64,000 bases of DNA from Eledone cirrhosa (lineage: Eukaryota), in assembly GCA_964016885.1 (NCBI GenBank), contig OZ024754.1, forward strand, positions 6,944,001 to 7,008,000. The letters run 5' to 3'. A program made the translations under genes and the position numbers. Below are positions 26,348 through 39,700 of this stretch, piece by piece (the first letter of the stretch is position 1; every line of letters starts with the position of its first letter). The notes beneath the pieces are model-generated. The model had not been told where the DNA came from, ran no database searches, and worked only from the letters and a program-made list of their open reading frames with translations.

Positions 26348-27050
26348 GTGAGTATATATATATTTTTTTTGTTTGCACCATGTACACTCTGTAAAGTGGT
26401 TGTTGATTGGAAAGGCATCCAGCTGTAGAAGGTATAATAAAAAAAAGGACAAAAGAGCTCTTCAGTTGTGTCAACGGTACAACAGCTACTCTAGTGTTGC
26501 TACCCTGATAAAATGCACCCAGTACTACACTCTGTTCAGTGGTTGGGGATCAGAAAAGTATCTAGCTGTAGAAACTATGCCAAAAAAAGAGATGAAAAGA
26601 CACTTTAGTTATGTCCAGGACAGGGTACCATGATAAAATGCACCCAGTACACTCTACAGCGGTCGGTGATTGGAAAAGTCTCCAGGCATAGAAAGCTTGC
26701 CCAACAAAGGATTGAAAGGACTTTTTAGTTGTGTTAAGGACAGGACAATCTCTCCAGTGTAGATGGCAGGATAAAATTTAGCCAGTATACTCTGTAGAGT
26801 ACCAAAATGTATGAAAGTGAAATGCTGGCCTTGTGCCTGAATCAGAAACCATTATTAATCAGGTAACTAATCTATTCCTTGGTTAGTTTAATAACTACTT
26901 AGTTATTTAATTGTCAAAGGTCTTTTGTCACACATTCTGTGACCTTCCCAATGATTAGTCTTGCTCTTATGTATCTCCTTTTGATTTTGATTTTATTTAA
27001 TTTGCTATGCCTTGTTTATTTTATTTTTCTCTTGTTTTTGTTGTTGTCAG

Positions 27051-27113
27051 GAATTAGCAGAAGTTGAAGACCACCGAGAGAAGAATGACGATGATGATAT
27101 ATCTTTTGAAACG
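27051..27113 (+). CDS. TRIP11: TRIP11 exon ELAEVEDHREKNDDDDISFET
   Basis: gtcag/GTAAAT, 63 nt, phase 0-0. Confidence 0.78.
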
Positions 27114-27261
27114 GTAAATAATTTATTTTTTCTCCGATGATGAAGTATTTCCTGCATGTTGTTTAGTTTTGAATTCCATCCATGCTGATCAACATCATTA
27201 TCATTTATGTCCACTTTCCTTGCTAGCATGGGGGAAGGGTCATCATAGACCAAGTCAGTCC

Positions 27262-28375
27262 CAATGCCAAGTTGGATAACCAACAATATTTCTATAGTTT
27301 ATCCTAAACATCTGTAGAGTTTAACAGAGTACACTGGCTCAATGACAAGTTGGATAACCAACAATATTTCTATAGTTTATCCTAAACATCTGTAGAGTTT
27401 AACAAAGTACACTGGCTCAATGACAAGCTGGATAACCAACAATATTTCTATAGTTTATCCTAAACATCTGTAGAGTTTAACAAAGTACACTGGCTCAATG
27501 ACAAGCTGGATAACCAACAATATTTCTATAGTTTATCCTAAACATCTGTAGAGTTTAACAAAGTACACTGGCTCAATGACAAGCTGGATAACCAACAATA
27601 TTTCTATAGTTTATCCTAAACATCTGTAGAGTTTAACAAAGTACACTGGCTCAATGACAAGCTGGATAACCAACAATATTTCTATAGTTTATCCTAAACA
27701 TCTGTAGAGTTTAACAAAGTACACTGGCTCAATGACAAGCTGGATAACCAACAATATTTCTATAGTTTATCCTAAACATCTGTAGAGTTTAACAAAGTAC
27801 ACTGGCTCAATGACAAGCTGGATAACCAACAATATTTCTATAGTTTATCCTAAACATCTGTAGAGTTTAACAAAGTACACTGTCTCAATGACAAGCTGGA
27901 TAACCAACAATATTTCTATAGTTTATCCTAAACATCTGTAGAGTTTAACAGAGTACACTGGCTCAATGACAAGTTGGATAACCAACAATATTTCTATAGT
28001 TTATCCTAAACATCTGTAGAGTTTAACAAAGTACACTGGCTCAATGACAAGTTGGATAACCAACAATATTTCTGTAGTTTATCCTAAACATCTGTAGAGT
28101 TTAACACAGTAGACTGGCTCAATGACAAGCTGGATAACCAACAATATTTCTATAGTTTATCCTAAACATCTGTAGAGTTTAACACAGTAGACTGGCTCAA
28201 TGCCAAACCAGATAACCAGCAATATTTTTATAGTTCATTCTAAACATCTGTAGAGTTTAACAGAGTGCACTGGCTCAATGCCAAACCAGATAACCAGCAA
28301 TATTTCTATAGTTTATTCTAAACTTCTGTAGAGTTTAAAAAAGTACAATGACCCAATGCCAAGCTGGATACCCAG
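27262..28375. repeat. 78-bp tandem repeat, about 14 copies (unrelated to the 24704 array)
   Basis: CAATG(A/C)CAAG(C/T)TGGATAACC.. with period 78. Confidence 0.95.
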
Positions 28376-30759
28376 AAAAGCAAGATGAAGTAATATTTGA
28401 ATTCAGAATTACTTGAGGATGTCCTCATGAATGTACGGAACCAACTGAATTATAAGGAATCTTCCATCAACTCTGTTTTAAAAAACAAGTTTGAAATTTC
28501 TCATTGATGAAACATATTTCCAGCTTCATTTTCAGAGACACTGTAGGTTAGAGAGAACTATTTAGTCTTGTCGAGAACGTGAAAACCTCTCTAGTGCTGG
28601 TGCTGTTATAAAATACACCATAACCCAGTATACTCTGTAAAGTAGTTGGTGTTAGGAAGGGCATTTAGCTGCAATTTGGAACATATTAGTGTGATATTGT
28701 CCCTGACCTATCTAGGCAGTAGTAACTCTGAATAAGAACTGACCTGGGCTGTAATGACCCATCAAACCCACGCCAGCATAGAAAGTGGATGTACATTGAT
28801 CACAATAAGGAGGAAGAGGAGGATATTAAATTATTAACTTTACTCTGTTAATTAACTAATTGTATTAGTTCTGTTACCAACTGATATTACTAATTATATA
28901 TGACTGTTATTTTGGTAATACTGTCCTTGTTACCATTATTAACTTGTGATGGACTAATTACCTTAATAATTAACCTGTGATATCTTACTTATCTTACTGT
29001 ACCTAATTTATGAGATATCACCTTTTTTTAAAAAAAAGAACTTCCCTTTGATATAACTGTTACTTGGTTAACTAATATATTAATATTAACTAGTTTATCA
29101 CACTATTGCTTTCCTACTAATGAATGTGTATGATACTACCATTGTTACCTTACTAACTGACCAATGAGCTGGACTGATATCTTCCTAGCTGACCAATGAA
29201 CTGGACTGATGTCTTCCTAACTGACCAATGAGCTAGAATGATATCTTACAGCTATTGTTACTTTACTAACTAGTCTGTTATATTACTTCTATATACTACT
29301 AGCTACCCTATGATACCATTATTTAACCCTTTAGCATTTAAACCAGCCATATCTGGCTAGAATTCTCCCACCTCTTTCTGTTGGAACCGGCTGTAACCGG
29401 CTGCTCAACTGATGTTAAGGTATTGTTCTTAAAATAAATAATATCAATCTCGTAGATTTGATATTATGTGAGAATTATGTGAGGTAAAGCCTTTACTGTG
29501 AAAATATAATAGTATATATAGTGTAATGTAAATGCTAAAGGGTTAAAAATAATATGGTTACGCTACTGACTTCCTGGCACCCTTCATTCCAGACATGTGC
29601 CTGATTATTATCCACTTTGATAAACTTGATGATTAATAATTAACTAGAAACATGTTAGGAAGCTGGAAACCATCCACCCTCACCCACTACCTTTCAACTA
29701 TAATAGATATGATGGAACTGATTGCCAGATCAGATCAAGAAAACAATGTTTCTATTGGGGTTTTTTTTTTCTGTTATGACTGATAATAACTGTCGGTTAC
29801 AATTCTTGGCAGAAGGAGCTGTATGAAATAAAGCCAGTCCAGGAATTGGGACTCATGACCATATGGTCATGAGTCCCAATATCCTAACCACAAAGCCACA
29901 TGCGATTATAATATTACTTCACTTCATCCTTGACCCTCTGGTGTGGTTGGGGTGATGTAATATGCAGTGTATCTTGGACAAATACAGACTGGTGGGACCC
30001 CTCCTTCTCTGAGTTTGACCATGACTAGTATTGTCCAGCTAGGTGGTTCACTCTGGTCATAAAACATGTGTCTGCCCTGGACATTGATTCAATAGACAGA
30101 GAAATTCATCTTCTCAGTCTGATGGGACGCAAGGAATTCAAGTGTCAACTAAAAATTATATTAAAACAATGTTGTCTCTGATCAAGACGAAGCTGAGTGT
30201 ATTTAATTGAATTCATATAAAAATGAGAAAAATCATCGCTAGAACAGCCATTAAAACAGCTAAACGCTGTCGAAGACAGCGATGGGCAACAATATCTCAG
30301 AGAACAGCATGTCATCCACCTTGTGAATTGTCTCTCTGTTGACCACTGGCTGCTGATCTCTGTCCTCTGTGGTATTTTTACCCATCACTGTCTTTGAAAG
30401 CTTTTAATTGTTTTAATGGCTGTTCTAGCAATGAATTTTCTCATCATTATACGTATTCAATTAAAAATTATATGTTTAATTAGAGGTGTACCTGTTTAAT
30501 TAGAGGTGTACCTGAAAATTAGAGGTGTTCCTGTTTATGATGTGAGTGTCAGCTTATATATGGTGTCTCTGTTGGGGTGGACATTGCATTTCGTTCCTCT
30601 AGCTGACCAGTGCTACAATCACCAATAGCACACTGAAACCAGGTTGACTGAATGAGTCATAAACAAAGGCAGGAGCAATAATAGAATACAAAGAATGATA
30701 CACAGGTCACCATTGTACACCTATACATCTGTATATAACTATATGTAAATACATATACA

Positions 30760-30834
<75 letters not shown>

Positions 30835-30882
30835 TAAGAGAGTAAAACAAAGAAGCCTTCAATACATCAAAAGTCTTTATTA

Positions 30883-30920
30883 GCCGACAATGTTTCGTCC
30901 TATTAAGGACTCATCAGGGC
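30883..30920 (-). ncRNA. Canonical type I hammerhead motif, family C (intact)
   Basis: GCC-CUGAUGA-GUCCU UAAU AGGAC-GAAACAUUGUC-GGC. Confidence 0.85.
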
Positions 30921-30949
30921 AATTAAAACAACAAGAAGTATTATTAATT

Positions 30950-30987
30950 GCCCTGATGAGTCCTTAATAGGACAAAACATTGTCGGC
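30950..30987 (+). ncRNA. Hammerhead motif, family C (G12A, predicted inactive)
   Basis: same as 30883-30920 but GAAA reads AAAA. Confidence 0.75.
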
Positions 30988-31595
30988 TAATAAAGACTTT
31001 TGATGTATTGAAGGCGTCTTTGTTTTACTCTCTTAATTCTTCGGCTCTGTTTAACTACATTGAGCAATACCTTTTACTGTCATTTCTATAATACGAAGAG
31101 GGTGTTTAACTCCATCACGCTCCAGTATTTTAACCCTTATATATATATATGTGTGTGTGTGTACACACATGTATATATCTAGCTATCTATCCAACTATAT
31201 ATATATTATATTATATATATATATGATGATATATATATAAAGGTATATATGTTCATACGTATATACACACATGCATGCACATATATATATATACAAAGTG
31301 TCCCCAAAAATGTATTCACACTTCAAGAGCATTTTAATAAATATTGCCTATACAGGTAATCAAAGAGTGTTTGCATTTTTTGGGGGACAGCCTGTATATA
31401 TTTCTCTCTCTCTATATATATATATATATATACAAAATATATATCAAATTACAAAATATGAGGAAATAATAGACAAAAATATACCTATTTTTTCTTCGAA
31501 ATCCCGACTGCAGTTTTGCTGATCCGTGTGCAACGTTTCCTGCACTATAAAAGTGCATCATCGCTGTGATATATATATACATATATACATATCAC

Positions 31596-31643
<48 letters not shown>

Positions 31644-31842
31644 TATATATATAGTTATGTAATAAACAACATAAGATAATTATTTCATTTCCCAAAGGTT
31701 TCACGAAGACAGATGAGCTTGGTAATAATTATCTTGTGTTGTTTATTACGTAACTAAAAAGCTCTGTAGCCTACATAGAGCACTCTCTTTTCCTTTTCCT
31801 TTCCTACGGAAATACTTCAATATATATATATATATATATATA

Positions 31843-31882
<40 letters not shown>

Positions 31883-31909
31883 TATATATACATGTATATA
31901 TATATATAT

Positions 31910-32007
<98 letters not shown>

Positions 32008-32021
32008 ATATATATATACAC

Positions 32022-32070
<49 letters not shown>

Positions 32071-32139
32071 ATTATACTTTGGGAGGGTCATGTTGCTAAA
32101 CAAATCAGAAACGAAATATATATATATATATATATATAC

Positions 32140-32181
<42 letters not shown>

Positions 32182-32329
32182 CATATTTATATATATATAT
32201 ATACACACATATATATATAGATATATATATACATATATATAGATATATATATATAGATATACACATATATATATATATATATATATAAACACAAATATAC
32301 ATACATATATATATGTGTGTGTGTATTGT

Positions 32330-32370
<41 letters not shown>

Positions 32371-32388
32371 TGTATATTTGTCTTAAAG

Positions 32389-32604
32389 GCTGAGTACTTG
32401 CTAGACAAAGCTGCTGCCAGCTTGTATCCACTGAAAATGGGTTATCTACGTGGACCCCGTTCTACGATGGCTACCAGTGATGATGAGGAGGATGCTAGCA
32501 GCGACTTTAGTGTTGACATTGAGAAGTTTGACCACCAGGTGGCTCTGCTCACGCAGGCCAATGCAGATCTGGAAAGGGAGAGAGAGTACCTACTGCAAGA
32601 AAAG
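32389..32604 (+). CDS. TRIP11: TRIP11 exon [15 protein letters not shown]...[12 protein letters not shown]
   Basis: aag acceptor and AAG/GTTCGC donor (both weaker), 216 nt, phase 0-0, acidic then coiled-coil sequence. Confidence 0.72.
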
Positions 32605-32757
32605 GTTCGCATGGTCTTCGGCTACTGTTTTGTCTGTCTTTGTCACTTCCTGCCTCATCTTGCCTCATTTTTGCCTTGCCTTGCCTTGTCTCTTTTCTTT
32701 AACCTTTCCAATGCATTTTCCACAAATTTAGACATTCGGTATTTTTTTTGTGGTAGC

Positions 32758-33600
32758 TGCTTGTTCATGCTTGGGGCCATTTTTCTTTTCTTTTAGATGT
32801 TGTTGATATTTGGGGGTCTTTGATGACTGGAGCTTGATCATGTTTGGGGCTATTTTGAAAGACATTGTTGGTGTTTGGAGCTTGTTGATGCTTGGGGCCA
32901 TTTTTCTTTTCTTTTAGATGTTGTTGATATTTGGGGGTCTTTGATGACTGGAGCTTGATCATGTTTGGGGCTATTTTGAAAGACATTGTTGGTGTTTGGA
33001 GTTTGTTGATGTTTGGGGCCATTTTTTTTAGACATTGTTGATGTTTGGGGTCAGTTTTTTTAGACATTGTTGATGTTTGGGGTCAGTTTTTTTAGACATT
33101 GTTGATGTTTGGGGTCAGTTTTTTTTAGACATTGTTGATGTTTGGGGTCAGTTTTTTTTAGACATTGTTGATGTTTGGGGTCAGTTTTTTTTAGACATTG
33201 TTGATGTTTGGGGTCAGTTTTTTTAGACATTGTTGATGTTTGGGGTCAGTTTTTTTAGACATTGTTGATGTTTGGGGTCAGTTTTTTTTAGACATTGTTG
33301 ATGACTGCGGATTGGTGATGTATTTGGGGCCATTTTTTTTTTTTGTTTTAGATGTTGATATTTTTGGTTTGTTGATGTTTGAAGTTTGTTGATGTTTGGG
33401 GTCATTTTTTTTTAGTCATTGTTGATGTTTGGGGTCTTTTTTTTTTGTTTTGTTTTAGATGGTGATATTTTTGGTTTGTTGATGTTTGGATCTTGTTTAT
33501 GTTAGGGGCTATTTTTAAAGACGTTGGTGTTTAGGTCTGTTGGTTTTTGTGGGCCATTTTTAAAAAAAGACATTGTCGATGTTTTGGGGCTATTTAAAAA
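32758..33600. repeat. 120-bp duplication followed by an about 32-bp minisatellite
   Basis: TTAGACATTGTTGATGTTTGGGGTCAGTTTTT repeats. Confidence 0.9.
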
Positions 33601-33726
33601 AATATATTTGAAAAAACATTTTTGTAATTTCTTTTAATCTTTTTTCTAATTATTATCACTGTTCTTTTTCATTTTTAATGCATTTCTTGTTTTGGTCCCC
33701 CCACCCCCCGGAGTATATACTCCATA

Positions 33727-34152
33727 TTTTACTAGTTAACTGGGGTATATATTTAATATTTTACAAATTAATTGGTGTATATATTTAATATTTTACTAGT
33801 TAACTGGGGTATATATTTAATATTTTACTAATTAACTGGGGTATATATTTAATATTTTACTAATTAACTGGAGTATATAATTAATATTTTACTAGTTAAC
33901 TGGGGTATATAATTAATATTTTACTAGTTAACTGGGGTATATAATTAATATTTTACTAGTTAACTGGGGTATATGTTTAATATTTTATTAGTTAACTGGG
34001 GTATATATTTAATTTACTAGTGAACTGGGGCATATGTTTAATATTTTACTAGTTAACTGGGGTATATATTTAATATTTTACTAGTTAACTGGAGTATATA
34101 TTTAATATTTTACTAGTTAACTGGGGTATATATTTAATATTTTACTAGTTAA
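33727..34152. repeat. 32-bp minisatellite, about 13 copies
   Basis: TTTTACTAGTTAACTGGGGTATATATTTAATA. Confidence 0.92.
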
Positions 34153-35182
34153 TTTTCTATAATTTGGAATGGAATGTGGTTTGCTATCAATAGTTTGTTG
34201 TTTTAATCACTTTTATCAATTGTTGTTTCAAACTTAAATTATTAGAAACTGTGTTTTAATTATTGCTGTTAATTAGTTGTTGTATAATTAGTTGTTGTAT
34301 AATTAGTGTTGTTGAAATGAGTGTCTTATATTTTAGTATATGTTGGACTGACTTTGTTGTAATGCTGTATCTCTCCACAGACCCCCTCCCCCACCATGCT
34401 GCAAAGCATGGTGTCTGGCGCTCTACCGATATTGCCAATCCACCACCCTGAAACATATCATAATAATAATAATAATAATAGTAATAATAATAAACAAATA
34501 CATTACCAAAACCCCAGGACTTACAAATATATATATACAGCTTACAAAAGATAGCACTACTAGGCACTGCACTTTCCTGATGATTTTTTTTGAATGAAAC
34601 AGTCCTAGTCCTGTAGAAGCTACTTCTATATTAAATTTGATGTTTACATTCTACTAATATATTGAGTACCTTACTGTGGTTACCCCTGATTGACTCCGGA
34701 ACTCACATATGTATATATATCAAGGCTTGAGCCTGGACAGATTCCAAAACCTTGTCTGAATCAGGCATTTCACTGTTAGTAATGTTCTTAAGGCCGGATG
34801 CCCCTTTTTTAATGTCAACCACTCTTCAGGGTGGTTATATATATATATATATACACACCTCTATAACTATATAAAGTTATAGAGGTGTGTGTATACATTT
34901 TAATTTATATTTTTAATTATTGTGTGTCTACCCTGCCTTCCATAGAGTATAGATTCCATACACTGGTGGTTTTCCCTGTTTTATTGATGGCACACTCTCT
35001 CTCTAATGTGTTACCTTTTCAACATATTGTATTTTAAACTTTCGGAGGGCAAATCCCATGGTCATTTATGACTGAAGGGGTCTTTATATATATGTAAAAG
35101 GTAAACAGAAATAACAACACAATCGGTACAGTATATATGGAAGGAATATATTAGGTTAATGCTTGAAATAGCAGGAAGAGGG

Positions 35183-35218
35183 TCTTAATGTTTCAGACGC
35201 TAGTCCTTCATCAGAAGA
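35183..35218 (-). ncRNA. Minimal hammerhead motif, family A (decayed)
   Basis: UCUU-CUGAUGA-A-GGAC UAGC GUCU-GAAACAUU-AAGA, within repeat 35093-35316. Confidence 0.65.
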
Positions 35219-35408
35219 AAGAATGAGAAATAAGATAGATTGGAGGGACGGGCGGGATGGAATTGGAAAAAAATGTCTTTAGATAAAAATAACAGGTCCA
35301 TTCATGTTGACATCTCGTATATTGTTCGAAATAACTGAAAACAAAAAACAAACAATGCAGGAGTAAACGTTACAAGGTATTATTAGTTTCACACTTGGTG
35401 AGAGTGAG

Positions 35409-35466
<58 letters not shown>

Positions 35467-35822
35467 TCCACGCTGTAATGTGGCCGTGTAGGTAACACGG
35501 TAAAAACCTCCCAGTCCCACACTGTAAATGTGGTTGGTGTTAGGAAGGGCATCCAGCTGTAGAAAACCCGCCAGACAGTCCTATGCGAGCAAGACAACCA
35601 CTCTTGCCTCAAGTGGGAAAACCCCCGTCCAAACCCATGCAGGCGTGGAACACGGACGCTAAACCTTGATGATGATGATGATGATGAATGTAGGAGGTGA
35701 GTTTTATTGTAGTACAATAAAGCAATGCAGATATCGGATAAGAAGCACTCTACAGTTTGTAGGACTGGAGTATACATAATATATCATTTAACCATCTTTT
35801 GATCTTATATATTATATATATA

Positions 35823-35871
<49 letters not shown>

Positions 35872-35949
35872 TCTTACAGGAAATAAAATAAATGAAAAAA
35901 AAAAATGTGAAGCAGTGTAAGATTATTGTAATACCATTTACCATTCCAG

Positions 35950-36034
35950 CACCATGCTAATGATGAAATCAGCTATTTCAAAAACAAGGCCACATCATTG
36001 GAAGATAAATATACAGAGAAAGTCAAAAGTGAAA
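35950..36034 (+). CDS. TRIP11: TRIP11 exon HHANDEISYFKNKATSLEDKYTEKVKSE
   Basis: ttccag/GTAAGA, phase 0-1; supplies the phase change needed for the giant exon. Confidence 0.8.
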
Positions 36035-36326
36035 GTAAGAAAATATATAAATATATAATTTTTTTATTTTTTTATTTTTTTTATCTTTACTTGGGTGTTA
36101 GGAAGGGCATCCAGCTATAGAAAACCAAGCCCCAAACAGATCTTATGAACCATACATGGTCACCAAACCTTTCTAACCTCATAACATTATTGGCAGTATC
36201 AGTAGAGGGTTGAACACCATGCTTTGCAGCATAGAATTTTGGCCCTTTATGGTCTGAGTTCAAATCCCGCCGAGGTTAACTTTGCCTTTCATCCTTACGG
36301 GATCGATAAAATAAAGTACCAGTAAT

Positions 36327-36490
36327 AACGGACTCAACAATTGATCTCCATCTGGGTCTGTTGTTCATTGCCGTTGCCAAGTCCTGGATTTCAATACCAG
36401 AATCTCTGGAGATGACATCGAAGTAGGAGAGTTTGCACCTCCTGTTATTAGTGACTGCTTGTGGTTTCCAAAGCACTAGTGGGGACACTG
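36327..36490 (-). mobile_element. RTE-type LINE 3' end (third family)
   Basis: LWKPQA..LSYFDVISRDSGIEIQDLATAMNNRPRWRSIV. Confidence 0.6.
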
Positions 36491-36491
36491 T

Positions 36492-36695
36492 CATAGTATA
36501 TACTATTATATAGTTTCTACATATTACTGTCATAGTATATACTATTATATAATTTCTACATAACACTATTATAGTATATACTATTATATAATTTCTACAT
36601 ATTACTATTATAGTATATACTATTATATAATTTCTACATATTACTATTATAGTATATACTATTATATAATTTCTACATATTATTATTATAGTATG
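36492..36695. repeat. 39-bp minisatellite, about 5 copies, just upstream of the giant exon
   Basis: TAGTATATACTATTATATAATTTCTACATATTACTAT. Confidence 0.9.
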
Positions 36696-36736
36696 CTATA
36701 ATTTTCTTTTAACTATTTTTTTTTTCATTGAAACAG

Positions 36737-39700
36737 AAAGTTTGAAAGAAAAACTGAAAGAGGCTAAACATCATTTGGTTGAAAAAGATGAACAGATAGA
36801 AAAATTAATCAGTGAAAAAGATGATATTCAAAGCAGCCTTGAAGAACTGGACTCCCAGCACCAAGAAGCCATTAGTCAGTTAATTGATAATCGTCAGGAT
36901 CTTGCCATAAAGGTGAGAGAAAAATCTGATCAAATTGATCAACTACAAGCTGAACAAAAACAGATCCAGGTTCAGTTGGACACTGCCAATGATACCATTT
37001 CCAAGCTGAGACAAGATCTTGAAGGACAATCTAGAAGCCATCATGCCTCCGATGATAAGCTAAATGAATTGTTTGCTGAGAAAGATAGACTTACAAGTGT
37101 TATCGAAGATTTGAAAGAGAAGCTAGAGAAAGCTGCTTATGTAGTAAATGAACTACACTTAGATAAGAAAGAACTTTGTGAAAAGATGACAGAGAAAGAG
37201 CAGGAGATGAACTCAGAAATTGAAGCACTGACAACACATAACAAAGAACTTGAACTAGATGTTTGTGAGCTTCGAGAGAGGTTATCACAGCCAGCTGAAA
37301 TGGTAGACGTGTCGGAATTGGAATTCCAAAACAAATGCTTGGATAAAGAAGTTCAGAATCTGAAGGAGAGTTTGAAAGAGCATGCGGAATCTAATCTCTT
37401 AAATGAGATGAAACTGGCAGATTATGAAACTAAATTTTCTAAATTAAAAAAAGAGATTCAAGAAGTTAGAAGGGAGAATTCTGAGTTTGTGATTGAATGC
37501 ACGGCTCTAATAGAAGATAATAAGTTAGATAGGACAAACTCAGACGGGGAAAAGGAGAAACCTGATGTCAATGTGTTGTTTGAATCTATGAACTACACTG
37601 AAGGAGTTTTGGAAGACTATCTTGTAAGTCTAGGAAAAAAGAATGTCGAAGATTCTACTGAAATACCTGCAGAACACGGTGAAGTTGCCCAACTGAAAAT
37701 GTGCTTAACATATCTGAAAGCCAAATTAAAAGATATACAAGAGGAGTTATATGTATCTAACCAAAGTGAAAAACAATCTCAGATTATGAAAGAAAAGTGT
37801 GAAGAAGTTGAAGCTTTAAGAATTCAAGTTCTAGATCTAAGAAAAGAACTAATCTGTAGTACAGAAAAAATTGAAGACTTTGAGAATATCTCTAAAAGAA
37901 ATGAAGAACTAGAAGACCAAGTAGAAATGTTAAACAATAAGAATACTGAACTAACCAATGAAATGTCAATTATCCTCTCTAATGATTCTAAAGACTCTGC
38001 TAATGGACAAAGTGACCCTAAGACTTTAGATTTGATCACAGATTTAGAATCCGAATTGCTTTCTTCGAAGAATAAGGTAAAATCTTTAGAAAAAATGTTG
38101 TCTAACCTTCAGGCATCTCCTGGAAAAGGACTTGTGAACGATGTAGGAGGTAAGGATTCTTTAAACAGTGAAACAAGTGCCATTTTATCACTGAAAGCTA
38201 AAGTTGAGAAAGATGAACAAGAACTGAGGTATTTCAGGAATATTCTTCAAGATATATCTGGTATCATAGACTCAGAAAAACTACAAAGGCTGGATAAAAA
38301 TGTCATTGAGTGTCTGGAACGATTGAAGACTAGAGAATTTGAAGATAAATATTCTGAAGGGGATAGTGAGGGTGATTTAGAGGAAGAAGTCGAGAAAGCT
38401 GATGAGATCCGGGATCCGGAATCCCAGAAATGTATTCCCGAGAAGAAGATTTCACCTAAGAAAATAACCGGACAGAAACACTGTAGTGCAGGAAACAAAA
38501 ATACAAATGCACAGTTTGAAGAACTAAATAAATTACAAAGAATTGTTGCAGAGAAAGATGGTATCATACAAGAGCTGCAGAAAAACAACGCCATGCTATT
38601 TAAAATGATTGAGTCGAAATCTCTGTCAGTGTATGGCGATAAAAGTCTTCTTGAACTTCATCAGTTATCGAATGATGTGAAGGACTTGAAGCTGGAGAAG
38701 GAACAGATGATTGCTGTGATGGATGAGAAGACAAGAGAGTGTAGTTCCCTAAAAGCAGAAGTACAACGTTTGATGGCTATTGTGTCAGAAGAGAGGCATG
38801 CAATTGACCATCTACAACATGAGAACCAGCAGTTGTTACAGTCTCAGAACAAAGTTATTGTCTCTAACGATAGCAGTGATGCTGGAGGAATGCAAAAGGA
38901 AGCTCTGCAGAAGCTTTCTAACATCATTCGTGACAAGGATGTCGAGATTGATGCTTTGAAACAGAAGAACAAGACTCTCCTCACAATATTCCAAGACAGT
39001 TCACAGAGTGGGCCACAGATCAACTCACTCATACAAGATAAAGAGAATTTAAAGAAACAGTTAGGTGTTCTTCAGGCTGAACGGGATCAAATTGGAAGCT
39101 ATTTGAACCAAAAACACCAGGAAAGCGTGACTTACCACAACGAGATCCAGCGCCTGAATGCATACATCCAAAACGAAGCCAAAAAATATGACCAACTGAA
39201 GTGCGAACATGACCGACTGATGCCATTGTATGAAGACCGGAACCAGGCACTTATCAAGACACAGAACGAACTTGTGAATTACAAACAGAAATTTTCCGAA
39301 CTGGAGGTGAAATATGAAGAGTTATTACAAAAAAGCAACGCCAGTGAAACAGTTGATGTAATCACATACAACAACAAACTTGAAGAGATTTCCTTCCTAC
39401 AGCAAAGACTGTCAAAGGTTCAAACGGCATTAACAGAACAGGAGCAGAAAGTGCAGGGTCAATTACAGAGCAGCAATGATGTAGAACGTACACTGAGAGA
39501 AACGGAACTCGAGCGAAACAACTTGAAGAAGCAGTACGAGAGTTTAACATTCCAGTTCAACGAAGTTCAAACACAGTTGAATGAGCTGAAGACGGAAGCA
39601 GCTTTGTCTCAGCGGCTCAATGATGAGCACAACTTGGAGAATGCAACACTGAAGGAAATAAACAACAAGCTGAGCCTGACTATTCAACAGAAAGAATTTG

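Larger units (their letters stand above)
30833..31137. mobile_element. Short inverted pLTR-like insertion (arms 30833-30926 and 30944-31037, plus tail)
   Basis: 94-bp arms with 2 mismatches, hammerhead in each arm, embedded in (TA)n. Confidence 0.7.

Noticed and set aside
27262-28375. CRISPR-like appearance of the regular arrays (also 24704 and 59255)
   Set aside because: No unique spacers, no cas genes, eukaryotic intron
37100-39550. Antisense ORFs within the giant exon
   Set aside because: Shadow frames of the coiled-coil coding sequence
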